Positions 1-10,977 of a stretch of 64,000 bases of DNA are shown in pieces. A program made the translations under genes and the position numbers. This stretch comes from an uncultured Planctomycetaceae bacterium. GTDB lineage: Bacteria > Planctomycetota > Planctomycetia > Planctomycetales > Planctomycetaceae. Location: positions 64,001-128,000 of the forward strand of contig CAWFGE010000022.1 in the NCBI GenBank assembly GCA_963815195.1, written 5' to 3'. Position 1 is the stretch's first letter. Every line of letters begins with the position of its first letter. The notes beneath the pieces are model-generated. The model saw only the letters and a program-made list of their open reading frames with translations, ran no database searches and was not told the origin of the DNA.

Positions 1-310
1 CGCCCAACAGCAAAAACCCGATGATCGGCCGATCCACAAAGCGGAACACGACCAGCGTGACCGCCCCCCAGAACGCCAGCGTATAAACCGCCGCGTATTG
101 GCTGCCCTCTTCAATCGCAATCCGGGCAATCAAGACCGCCGCGAACACGAACCAAAACAAAACCCACTTCAGCCGCCCCGGAAACTCGCCCGAATATCCC
201 AGCTCCTCCAGAAAAAACACCAGGCTCCCGACCAGCACCATAATCAGCACCGGACTGATGGCAATCGCCACGTAATCGGCGAGCGTTTTTTGAGGGCGGG
301 CTTGGGCCAT
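1..310 (-). CDS. 5' part of a multi-pass membrane protein running off the window edge (absent from the ORF track)
   Basis: Manual translation from ATG 310: MAQARPQKTLADYVAIAISPVLIMVLVGSLVFFLEELGYSGEFPGRLKWVLFWFVFAAVLIARIAIEEG..., open to position 1 with several hydrophobic helices. Confidence 0.8.
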   Translation of the reverse strand, partial: MAQARPQKTLADYVAIAISPVLIMVLVGSLVFFLEELGYSGEFPGRLKWVLFWFVFAAVLIARIAIEEGSQYAAVYTLAFWGAVTLVVFRFVDRPIIGFLLLG

Positions 311-456
311 CTTGGTTTGTCCGCGGTCCTTGGTCCGTTGTTCGTTGTGGAGTGGAAGATGTGAAGTGTGGAAAGGCCGGACAGTTTCTCCTGGTCCCAT
401 TTTGACCGATCGCCGAGTGGAGATCCACTGGAAAGCCGCATCGTGATACGTGGACC

Positions 457-517
457 TTGACATGTCCCTTAAGACGAGTACATTAAGCTCAAAATGTGGA
501 TAACTTTATCCCAATTT
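457..517 (+). promoter_or_regulatory. Putative sigma70 promoter of the NO reductase gene with a downstream palindromic operator
   Basis: TTGACA (457-462), 16 nt, TACATT (479-484), then inverted repeat AAAT-gt-GGATAA-ct-TTATCC-ca-ATTT (492-517). Confidence 0.55.
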
Positions 518-563
518 CACGAGTTTGAGTTTTAGCAGTTTCTTACGATACGGAAGATTCGCA

Positions 564-2814
564 ATGAAACGCCTTTGGTTGTCGTTTATTGCCGTGCTGG
601 TCGTGTCTTTCGCGGTGTTGGGTTGGATCGGCACTCGAATCTATCAGGCCCAGCCGCCGATTCCCGACCGCGTGGTGACGAGGGCGGGCGATGTCGTGAT
701 CGACGCGGGCGAAGTCCAGGCCGGGCAAAACGTCTGGCAATCGCTGGGAGGCATGGAAGTCGGATCGGTGTGGGGCCACGGCAGCTATGTCGCCCCGGAT
801 TGGACCGCCGACTGGCTGCACCGGGAAGCGACGTTTATTCTCGACCGCTGGGCCGACGATGACTTCGGCAAGGAGTATGCGGACTTAAACTCCGAGCAGA
901 AAGCACAACTCCAGGGCCGGCTGGCGGAGGTCATGCGCCGCAAACACGTATGACCCCGAAACGAAAACGATCACCATCGACCCCGTCCGGGCCGAAGCAT
1001 TCCAGGCCAATCGGGAGCATTACTCCGATGTGTTTGCCAACGGGCGAGCCGATTACGCCATTCCCGCGGGAGCCGTCACCGACGCGGACCGCTTGCAGAA
1101 GCTCTCGGCGTTTTTCTTTTGGACTTCCTGGGCGGCGACGACAAACCGCCCCGACGACACGATCACCTACACGCACAACTGGCCCTACGAACCGCTCGTC
1201 GGCAATCGGCCCACGGGCGAGACGGTCGTCTGGACCGGCGTGAGCATCATCATGCTGCTCGCGGGCATCGCCGCCCTGGTCTGGTGGCACGCCTCCCGGA
1301 CCGAGGAAAAGCCATCGCCCGACTTCCCCGAAACGGATCCGCTGGGCACGTGGGTCTCCACGCCGTCGCAGAAGGCGACCGTCAAATACTTTTGGGTCGT
1401 CTCCGCCCTGATTCTCGTGCAGATGTTGTTGGGCGTGGTCACGGCGCATTACGGCGTCGAAGGAGATGGGTTTTACGGCATCCCACTCTCCGAGTGGCTG
1501 CCCTACAGCGTGACTCGGACCTGGCATGTCCAAATGGGCTTGTTCTGGATCGCGACGGCCTGGCTGGCCGCGGGCTTGTTCATCGGCCCCTTGGTCAGCG
1601 AACACGAGCCGCGCGGACAGCGGTTGGGCGTGAACGTTCTGTTTCTCGCTTTGCTGCTGGTTGTCGTCGGCTCCCTAACCGGAGAACTCTTGAGCATCCA
1701 CGGCAAAATGCCCTCGGATACCGCTTCGTTTTACTTCGGCCATCAGGGATATGAATATGTCGATCTGGGCCGAGTCTGGCAGATCGCGCTGTTCGTGGGA
1801 CTTTTATTGTGGCTGATGTTGATGATCCGCGTGCTGCTCCCGGCCCTCAAACAGACCGGTGACCAGAAACAGTTGGTGATGCTCTTGGCTGTCGCGAGCA
1901 CCGCCATCGCGTTATTTTACGGGGCCGGTTTGACGTGGGGACAGCATTCGCATCTGTCGATGGTCGAATACTGGCGGTGGTGGGTCGTGCATTTGTGGGT
2001 CGAGGGTTTCTTCGAGGTCTTCGCCACGACCGTCATCGCTTTCTTCTTCATGCGGCTCAAACTCATCCGCCCCGGCGTCGCGGCCGCGGCGGCGCTCCTG
2101 TCGGCCACGATTTTTCTTTCCGGCGGCATCATCGGGACTTGCCACCACTTGTACTTCTCGGGAACCCCGACCGTCGCGCTCGCTTGGGGATCGGTGTTCA
2201 GCGCCCTGGAGGTCGTGCCCTTGATGCTGGTCGGCTTCGAGGCGATGGAAGACCTCAGGCGGTCCCGCACGACGCAATGGGTCAAACGCTACAAATGGCC
2301 GATCTACTTTTTCGTCTCGGTCGCCTTCTGGAACATGATCGGGGCGGGGCTGTTCGGGTTTATGATCAATCCGCCGATCGCCCTCTATTACATGCAGGGC
2401 CTCAACACGACGCCCGTCCACGGACATGCCGCCCTGTTCGGGGTCTACGGCATGTTGGGCATCGGCCTGATGCTCGTGTGTCTGCGGGCGTTGATCCCCG
2501 GCGTCGAGTGGCGGGACGGGCTCCTCAAGTTTTCGTTCTGGGCCCTGAACGGCGGGTTGATGGCGATGTGCGTCTTGAGCCTCTTGCCCGTGGGCCTCAT
2601 GCAAACCTGGGCCTCGGTGGATCAAGGATACTGGTATGCCCGAAGCGCCGAGTTCCTGCAGACGCCCGTTATGCAAAACCTGCGGTGGATGCGCGTCCTC
2701 GGCGATACGATCTTCTTCCTGGGAGCCGTGGCCCTGGTCGTGTTTGTCGCGGGCTTAAAAACCGGCCACTCGTTCCAACACGCCGCCGATTCCAGTAACG
2801 GTGCGGGGACTTGA
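564..2814 (+). CDS. norZ: Quinol-dependent nitric oxide reductase (qNOR, NorZ/NorB large subunit); one frameshift at about 943
   Basis: GSVWGHGSYVAPDWTADWLHRE, HLWVEGFFEVF, GTCHHLYF, LEVVPL, HGHAALFG; removing one A at about 943 restores RRNTYDP and joins ORFs 525..953 and 1030..2814. Confidence 0.93.
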
Positions 2815-2891
2815 TCGCCCGACGTGTGCCCGCTGGCAAAAAGGCGTGCGCGACGATCGGCGGGGTGGCTGGGGTCAGCCAAGTTCAAAAT

Positions 2892-2913
2892 GGCAGGCAG
2901 GAGCCTGCCCTAC
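2892..2913 (-). repeat. GTAG-type REP element
   Basis: GGCAGGCAGGAGCCTGCCCTAC, identical to 5916-5937 and near-inverse of 5850-5871. Confidence 0.75.
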
Positions 2914-3045
2914 ACAAACTGTTTGTTGGTCAATATCGTTCCTGTATTTATCGGAAATAGGTATTATCCGAATGCTATAGCTATGGAGGCTATTTCAGAG
3001 CGAGGTCTTCCGCCGATCGAAATGTGGATTCCTCAACATCCGTAA
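2914..3045 (+). pseudogene. Possible C-terminal remnant of a nuclease toxin
   Basis: Low-GC frame ...VNIVPVFIGNRYYPNAIAMEAISERGLPPIEMWIPQHP* ends just before the SUKH gene; loose resemblance to the V-x-P-x-Y/F-x-G...P tail of NucA/Endonuclease_NS_2-like toxins. Confidence 0.35.
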
Positions 3046-3065
3046 ATCCGCAAATGGTGGCGCAG

Positions 3066-3638
3066 ATGCCACAAAGAACTTCTGAAGAGTTGATTGCTGA
3101 AATGAAGCAATTTGTACTACCGGACCCAGAGATTGTGCGTCCGAAAGGTGATCATCTCAATTCAGAGCTGGGGCCACCGATTCGATTGCCTTCAGACTAT
3201 CTGTTATTCATGCGCGACTATGGACCTGGGGGATTCACAATTGGAGGAAAAGGATTTCATTTTGCGTTCATGCAAATCCTTGACCTCATTAGCGATGAAG
3301 GACTCTATTACGCAAAGTCTGGATTTTCATTAGTCAACTTCAATCACAACTTAGAACCGGACTTATTTCCAGTTGCGTACCCTCAAATACCTGGATTGCT
3401 GCCATGGGGACTCGACGATCAGGGATGCAGTTATCACTGGTGGGCGGAAGGCGAGCCTGAGACATGGGGTGTCGCTATTGATGCCCGTTCTTACCTGATC
3501 CGCTACGACTTCGGCATGCTCGAATTCCTTTGGATCAATATCTTTACAGAACAGGAGGACCGGTTCCTCACCGAAAGTCCGGCGACCGTCAGCGAAGTTG
3601 GGTATGCCGGGTGGCCTGAACCACCGACAGCGAAGTAG
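3066..3638 (+). CDS. SMI1/KNR4 (SUKH) family immunity-like protein (alternative start 3054)
   Basis: RLPSDYLLFMRDYGPGGF and GLLPWGLDDQGCSYHWW motifs; lower GC than the flanks. Confidence 0.75.
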   Translation: MPQRTSEELIAEMKQFVLPDPEIVRPKGDHLNSELGPPIRLPSDYLLFMRDYGPGGFTIGGKGFHFAFMQILDLISDEGLYYAKSGFSLVNFNHNLEPDLFPVAYPQIPGLLPWGLDDQGCSYHWWAEGEPETWGVAIDARSYLIRYDFGMLEFLWINIFTEQEDRFLTESPATVSEVGYAGWPEPPTAK

Positions 3639-3655
3639 GGTCCGCTGTGCGGACC
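3635..3655 (+). repeat. GTAG-type REP overlapping the SUKH stop codon
   Basis: GTAG-GGTCCGC-tgt-GCGGACC hairpin. Confidence 0.65.
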
Positions 3656-3662
3656 ATTGGGA

Positions 3663-3771
3663 TTACCCGAAGGCAGCGGGGAGACTTTCGAGTATGATGG
3701 TTACGGCTGGCAGACCCTGCACGTTTCCTTTTTCCTTTGAAGGCGTTGTGACCGCGACGGTCTATGATGAT
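3663..3771 (+). pseudogene. Rhs/YD-repeat fragment
   Basis: Reads LPEG..ETFEYDGYGWQTLHVSFEGVVTATVYDD after removing a 7-bp tandem duplication (TTTCCTT at 3724-3737); two YD-type motifs. Confidence 0.55.
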
Positions 3772-3827
3772 TCGCTCGGGACTGGCGGCGGGATGAGCGA
3801 TTGGTAACTCAGGGCCATTTGGAGCCG

Positions 3828-3962
3828 AGTAGGGCCGGCTGTGCCGGCCTTTTGTTTTTGACACAACGATTTTTCTCGCACCAAATGGCCGGCATACCCA
3901 GCCGCCAATTGGGCATAAGTATGATTCCCTTCGTCGAAAAGGCCGGCACAGCCGGCCCTACT
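3828..3962. repeat. Inverted REP pair (REPIN-like)
   Basis: AGTAGGGCCGGCTGTGCCGGCCTTTT (3828-3853) and its exact reverse complement (3937-3962). Confidence 0.8.
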
Positions 3963-4091
3963 TGACTTGAACATTTCATTTCACACATCCTACAATAACT
4001 GTAGGCCCTATTGACCATTAGCTATCCCAACGAGGGGTGTCGAAACGTTCAACGAATGTGACACACGAACAAGATTCAACGGAGGCATACA

Positions 4092-5680
4092 ATGCGACGG
4101 CGTTTCCTTGATCGGTGGTGCGGCATTGGTGCCGTGTTCTTCGCTCTTTTTGGGGGTAAGGCGGTCGCTTCCAAAGTGACGATCACCGTCGAAGGTGTTC
4201 GTTCGGCGGATGTATCCGGGTTGAATGTCACGACGCTACGATGGGACCAAGACCAACGACGGTTTGAAGCGACCGACAACGCCTGGAAAGCGGATAAGCC
4301 TGGAACTTGGAAAGCGGACCTCTCGCCCGGCCGTTATCAATTGGAATTGACGGGCACCGTTGGCGAGGTCGTCGTGTTTTGTCGTTCGCCCCAGATGCTT
4401 ATCAACCACAACCCGACAACGTGGCCCGTTACGCTTCAAAACATCCGTCTGCTCTTCGTGCATCATGGCGAACCGTTGGGGTTGCGACACCTCGCGATTC
4501 GATCGTTCGGGTTGAAAGGCGAAACCATCGTTCACGATGGCGAGCCGATTCGATCGGCCAAGCTGCTGACGACGACCGAAACTCGGCTGGACGTCACGCT
4601 GATTGGGGAGGATGCTGACACGTTGGCTTTGGGACATGCGTTGATCATGCCGACGCACCCGCGGCTCGACGAGGAAGATGGGGACGGCTTGGAGTTGGTC
4701 GCGACCGTGACCGCCGCCGGTCGTCATTGGTACCAGCGACCGGTTTTGTTGTCGCGGGATAATCCGCCGATCAAAGCCGCGACGTTGACCCTCGTTCATT
4801 CGCGTGGTGAATTGGTGGTGCCGTATCGTGAAGGCGTCGAAGTGGTCACGAACCGACCGCTCTTCCATCTTGGCTATCGACTGGAAGCCGAATCGGGCCG
4901 CGTGTTGGTCTCGCGGAAGTGTTTCGTGTTGGTGGACCGCATCAAACGTTTCGTCTTGGGTGGAAAGTTGCAACCGTCCGCGTTTGCCAAGATTCTCACT
5001 CGGCTGCCCTCGACGAAAGAACACCGTGTCGAAGGTTTATTAAATGATCCGTCGGGCATTGAGATTGATGTTCGCAGTTCCAAGATTGATTGGAGTGAAA
5101 CGTTCACGCTGCGAGGTGGCGGATCCTTACCAAAGAATCCGCTCGACGCTGTCGAGTTGGGGGTGTTGGCCGATCCTCTTGATACGGTGCGGGTGGGCGT
5201 GAAGTGGGAATGGGCGAGCAAGCGTGAACAGGAATTGACGCCCGACGAATTCATCCCGTTTCGTTCGCCACACTTTCACTCCATGCACCGCCCGCATGGC
5301 GTGACCGTGCCGAAATCTACCTGGCACAATTGGAGCATTGCTTCGCCATATTGAAGCGAACCACGGGAAGACGGGGGCCACAACGCATCAACGTTCGCTG
5401 GCGATTGAACACCCACAACGCCCAGGCCCGCGTGGGAGGCAAAACATCTTGGATGAGCATGCCACTCAACGGGCTCTACGGTGCGACCGACCCGTTCAAG
5501 CGGCCGTGGTTCATGGTGCATGAGATGCTTCACACGTTCAATTATAACCACGGCAAACCGATGAGCGAGCAGGTTAAAATTGGCAACTACGAACTAGGCT
5601 TGACCCGTTGGGAGATCCCGTCGCGTCTCTATAACGCCAAGGACGTTAAGGTGACGCTCGAACCGCTCACCAGGAAGTAG
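4092..5680 (+). CDS. Secreted hypothetical protein with a C-terminal HExxH zinc-binding motif; frameshift at about 5282
   Basis: N-terminal signal peptide; the second frame (HAPPAWRDRAEIYLAQLEHCF...) is open from about 5283 and contains MVHEMLHTFNYNH. Confidence 0.6.
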
Positions 5681-5849
5681 ATCAAGACACTCATTCGACT
5701 GTTTTCGACTTGTCTTTTGTTGATGTTCAATGGGGCCAATTGGTGATGTTGTCTCCACTGGTCGAAGCGCGTGAGTTCGTTTCTCTTCAGCCACGTCGAG
5801 TGCGTGCAGCCACCCCTTTCAACATGTTGGTTTTTTGCTATAAGTTTTT

Positions 5850-5974
5850 GTAGGGCAGGCTCCCGCCTGCCTTTTTCTGTTACTTGGCAATCGTCAATCA
5901 ATAGAAAATGAAGAAGGCAGGCAGGAGCCTGCCCTACTCGACTGCTATCGATCGGTGGGCGATGCCCACGCTAC
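5850..5974. repeat. Inverted REP pair plus a third GTAG element
   Basis: 5850-5871 and 5916-5937 are inverted copies; minus-strand GTAGCGTGGGCATCGCCCACCG (5974-5953) contains the radical SAM stop codon. Confidence 0.75.
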
Positions 5975-7259
5975 ACATTTTCCGTCAGAGCCGCTTCTTG
6001 CGTTGGCGCGCTCTCCTGCAACTGCACCAAAGCCGGGGCCGCCGTTTGGGTGTGGTCTTTGTTCTGATAGACGCCGAAGTCGCTGAACCAGTAGCGCTTG
6101 GCGAGGCGGTAGAAGATGTTCTTTTCGGGGATCTCGTGGCCGGGGTTGTATTGCGAGGTGCGGATTGTCATCGCGTCCAGTTCCGCGAGGGCGGTTTTGC
6201 GGACGGTGGCGTCTTTGGCGGCGTGGCGTTCGACGAGTTCTTTCAGAAGCTCCGGGCGTTCCAAAACGATGCAGCCCCGCGTGGTGTCCTGGGCGAGTTG
6301 GCGGAAATCGTTCAGGTACGGGCTGTTGAATTTCTCGAACAGGGTTTTCGATTCGTCGCGGATGTTGTCGGTGGCGAATTGCACGATCGGGCAAGGCTCG
6401 ATGTCGCCCCAGGGGTTGATGTGGTTCGTGATGCCCGTGGCCGCGGGACATAACGCCTGGCCTTCGCCGTCGAAGTAGGCGTCGATGATCACGATCGGCT
6501 TTTTGGCCCGCATCTCGACCACGAACTGGCGGGCCTGGAGTTGCTGCTCCGGCGACAGGCACAGCTGCGGGTTCGCGTCCGGCCCCATCGGGCGGTAGAT
6601 GTGAAACCACGTATACATGACGCCCATCTCGATCAGCCGATCCACCCATTTCTCGGTGAGCAGGTCGTCGAAGTTGGTCTGGCAGAGGCTGGTGCACACG
6701 CCGGTCATGACTTTGTTGTTGAGGCAATTCTGGATGCCCTGCATCGTCTTGTTGAACACGTCCGGCCGGCCCCGGCGTTCGTCGCTGACGATCTCCGAGC
6801 CTTCCACACTGATCAACGGCGTGACGTTCCCCAGCTTGCGGAGCCGCTTGGCTTTTTCGTCCGTGATGAACTGGCCGTTGGTGAAGATTTGGAAATAGCA
6901 ATCGGGGTGGGCTTCCAGGATCTCGAACAGCTCGCGGGTGCATAAACGGCTCGCCGCCGACGATCCCGAAGAATACGTTCCCCATCGCCTTGGCTTCATT
7001 GATGAGCTTGTTCATGGTTGTCGAGGTCGAGGGTTTCCTGCTTGGCGGCCACATCGACCCAGCAGCCCTGGCAGCGGAGGTTGCAGCTATTGATGATCGA
7101 CACGTACAAAAACGGCGGGAAGTATTCGCCCCGCTTCAGCCGGCGTTTGTGCTTCTGCACAGAGCGCATGCCCTTCCAGCCCATGTTCCACGCCAGCTTC
7201 CATAAGAGGCGTTTGTCGGTTTCCCAAATCACGCGCTTGGCCATCTTCAGCAAATACAT
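5971..7259 (-). CDS. Radical SAM protein with SPASM/twitch-like C-terminus; frameshifts at about 7018 and 6935
   Basis: CNLRCQGC (CxxxCxxC), GGEPF, FTNG, CPAA...HINPWGDIEPCP spread over three frames. Confidence 0.88.
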
Positions 7260-7562
7260 CAATAAACCTCGTCGATCCCGACTTTTGGGGGAGGGGTTGG
7301 GTTTTACCCGTTGGATTTTGTGGGAAGAATCAATTTCCTCTCAGTCTAAACCAACAAGTGCCGAGAACCAACTCTGAGGCGATCGAAGAATCCCGCCGGG
7401 ATGACTCGGGATTTCCACGATCACCTTGACATTTTCCCAGCGAAATGAGATTCTGGAATAGATCGGTAGATTTTTATGTTGGGGAGAGTCCCGGCGTTTC
7501 CCACCCATTTCGCTCGATTTGGCATTTCGCGAATCGCGCAGTTAACTTAAGGGGCTTTTCGG

Positions 7563-9489
7563 ATGAAATTCCGCCAAAGCGCTTCTCCGTTTCTCGTTTC
7601 CACGGTCGTCCACAGCGCGATTTTGCTGGGACTGTGGTTTATTGTGCAGACCACGCCGATTCACGAGACGCCTTTCGATCTCGAAACGGTGATGATGGAT
7701 GAAGAGCGGCCGGTGGACGAGGTGGTTCAGGAATTGGACCAGCAAATGGAAGCCGCGACGAGCGTGAACTTCGTCGCGGGGAGCGTTTCGACGTCGGTGG
7801 GGGGATCGAATGCTCCGCTCGCGAACATCAAAAAAATCGAAGTCCAAGAGAAAATCGAGAACCCGAAGGTCAAAGTGCAAATCGCGGCGCAGGCGCTGCC
7901 GGGGGCGGATTTGCTCAACCAGGAACTCGGCGAAGCCGAGGTCACCGGGGAAGTGGGCGACGTGGTGGAGGGCTACGGGGCGGCTCTCGACCGGCTGACG
8001 CAGGAACTGATCCGGCTGTTGCGGAACGACAAACTGCTCGTCGTGTGGATGTTCGACGAGTCGGAAAGCATGAAGGACGACCAGCAAGAAATCCGCGGCC
8101 GATTGAAGCGGGTTTATGAAGAGCTGAAGCTGGTGGAAACCGACGAAGCGGCCGGCGGCGACGGAAAGGAAAAAGCTGAAGGACGTGCTGCTCACGGCGA
8201 TCACCAGTTTCGGCGCGGGACCGCACCAACAGACGCCCCGCCCGACGAGCAACCCCGACGACCTGATGGCCGCGATCGACAAGATTCCGGTCGATAAATC
8301 CGGCACCGAGAACACGTGCTCGGCGATTGTGCAAGTGGTGAAGGAATATCACCAGATGGCCGCGCGGAACAAACGCAAACTCGTGCTGGTGATTGTCAGC
8401 GACGAATCGGGCGACGATGGGCAGTTCGTTGAAGACGCCCTGCAGGAAGCGCGAAATGCGAAGGCTCCGATTTACATCCTGGGCCGGGAATCGGTGTTCG
8501 GTTCGCTGTATGCGCACGTCCGCTGGCGGCAGCCGCAGACCGGGCGGCTGTTTTATCTGCCGATCCGCCGCGGCCCCGAAACCCCGTTTGCCGAGCAACT
8601 CCAATACAACGGTTTTCGCCGGCGGCGCGACTCCCACATGAGCGGGTTTGGCCCTTACGAGCAAGTTCGCTTGTGCCGGAACACCGGCGGGATTTTCTTC
8701 CAACTGCCGGGCGAGCAAGAGAACCTGAACGACCTGGACGACCGCGAAAACCAGATGCTCAATCTGCGGGAGTATCTTCCCGATTTGAGTTCCCGGCGGA
8801 TCTATCAGGATCACCGCGACAACAGCGTATTCCGCAAGGCGATTTGGGACGTGATCGCGATGCTCAATCCGTACAACCCCCGCGCCCAAGGCCTGGAACT
8901 TCCCGACCCGGAGGAGACCGGCGAGCGGTTTAACACCCTCCCCCAAAGCTACGGCCCCAAAGTGCAAGAGCGGCTGCAGCAGATCAAGGCGATCTTGGGC
9001 GTGATGCAGCAAGCCCGCCGGCATCTGGCGAACGTCCGCGAGCTTCGCGATTCCGAACCGTCGAGGCGTTGGCGGGCCAACTACGATCTGATCTCCGCCC
9101 AGTTGTTGTGGTATCAGGTGCGGCTGTTCGAGTATGCGATCGGCTTGGAGCAGTTCGCCCGCAAAGGCGTGCCGGCCGTCCTCCAAAAGAATCCGAAGCA
9201 CAACCGCTGGTACATTCGCGAAGACCCGTCGGACTTCGTGATGCCCGATGACGTTCAGCAAAGATTCCTGGGCGTGACGCCGGAGGAACTCCAGGCGGTT
9301 TACGATCAAGCCGTCGCGGGTCTCCAGGCGGTGCAGCGGGAGCACGCGGGATCTCCGTGGGCCCGCCGGGCGGAGTGGGAGCTCAAACGCAAATCGGGCG
9401 TGCAGTTTAAGACATATTTCCAGCCGCCGCCCCCGCCGAGCAAACCCTCCAAACCCACACCAAAACCCCCGCCCCCGCCGAAACTGTAG
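7563..9489 (+). CDS. Membrane-anchored VWA domain protein; frameshift at about 8173
   Basis: N-terminal TM (STVVHSAILLGL), MIDAS-like VVWMFDESESM, IVSDESGDD, Pro-rich tail. Confidence 0.8.
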
Positions 9490-9654
9490 TTAGCCACATT
9501 CGGCACAAAACAACGAGCGGTTTGGGTGGCACGCCCCTGAGCGCAGCGAAGGGCGTGGTTTGGCGATCACCACGCCCCAAAATCATCTGCCCATTCCGTC
9601 ATATGGAAAACGGTCCGCTTGTGCGGTTGCCGCCGGAAAACGTATTCTTACGCC

Positions 9655-10711
9655 ATGATGACGAACAATCCACGAATTCCCCTGCGGGCGTTGTCCGTTT
9701 TGGGCGTATTGCTCTTCGGCCAGACTTTCGCTTCAGCCCGTGCGGGCGAACTGGTTTCACTCGCCGGAAAAACGATGGGCACGACCTACTCGGTCAAGGT
9801 CTCTTCGCTGCCGGCGGAGTTGACGGCGGAATCCCTGCAAGCGGAGATCGACCGCAATCTGGCCGAGGTCAACCGGCAGATGTCCACCTGGCAAAAGGAC
9901 TCGGAGTCTGTCGCAGTTCAACCGCTACGAGAAAACCGATTGGTTCCCCGTCTCGCCGGAGTTCGCCCGCGTTGTCAAAACCGCGCTGGATGTCAGCCGG
10001 CAAACGGGCGGGGCGTTTGATGTGACCGTGGGGCCGCTGGTCAATCTGTGGAGCTTCGGCCCGGAGAAACAGGAACACAAGCTGCCCGCCGAGGCCGCCA
10101 TCGCAAAAACGAAATCTCGCGTCGGCTATCGGCTTTTGCGCGTCCGCGAGGATCCACCCGCTTTGAAAAAATCCCGCCCGGACGTGTACGTCGATCTGTC
10201 GGCCATTGCCAAGGGGTTCGGCGTCGACCAGGTCGCGGAGCTGTTGGAGCAACATTTTATTGCTGATTACATGGTCGAGATCGGCGGCGAAGTCCGCACG
10301 AAGGGCAAGAAGCCGGACGGAACGGTGTGGCGGATCGGCATCGAAACCCCGACGCCGTTCTCGCGCGGCGTGCAGCGTGCGATCGAACTGTCGGGCAAAT
10401 CTCTGGCGAGTTCGGGCGATTACCGCAATTTTGTGGTGATCGGCGGAAAGCAATACAGCCACACGATCGACCCCCGCGAAGGCCGGCCGGTCGATCATCG
10501 GCTCACCGCGGCTTCGGTCGTTGCGGAGAACTGCATGCTGGCCGACGCCTATGCGACCTCGCTCATGGTCTTGGGGCCGGACGAGGGATATAATTGGGCG
10601 GCAAAACACAACGTCGCGGCGCTGTTGATCGTCCGCGACGGCGCGGGTTCGTGGAAAAACCCACGCCCGCCTTTGAAGCTCTTTTCCCTACCAAGACGGA
10701 ATCCAACATGA
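9655..10711 (+). CDS. apbE: FAD:protein FMN transferase ApbE; frameshift at about 9907, probable second at about 10646
   Basis: GKTMGTTYSV, DVTVGPLVNLW, DLSAIAKGFGVD, EIGGE, SSGDYRN, HTIDP, ADAYAT. Confidence 0.92.
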
Positions 10712-10977
10712 CGACCACCTGGCTCCTCGCAGCCGGCGTCTTTTTGCTCGCGGTGCTGTTCATGTCCGTGGGCGTGATTCTGAGCAACCGCCGCATCACC
10801 GGATCGTGCGGAGGCCTCGCAGGCCTGCAGGACGAAACCGGCCGCACCCTCTGCGACGCCTGCACCAACCCCGCCCCGGAATGCCAAGGCAAAGAAGACG
10901 CCCAATCCTGCGCCGCGGACGCCGGCGACGATGAACACGAAGACGCCTCCGCCCGCGAAGCTTCGCATTCTTCCTGA
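10708..10977 (+). CDS. nqrM: Na+-NQR maturation protein NqrM (DUF539-like)
   Basis: Single TM followed by ITGSCGGL...CDAC...C, directly after apbE. Confidence 0.8.
   Translation: MTTTWLLAAGVFLLAVLFMSVGVILSNRRITGSCGGLAGLQDETGRTLCDACTNPAPECQGKEDAQSCAADAGDDEHEDASAREASHSS

Noticed and set aside
564..2814. NO dismutase (Nod) rather than qNOR
   Set aside because: The His and Glu ligand motifs are canonical (HLWVEGFFE, HH, LEVVP, HGH)
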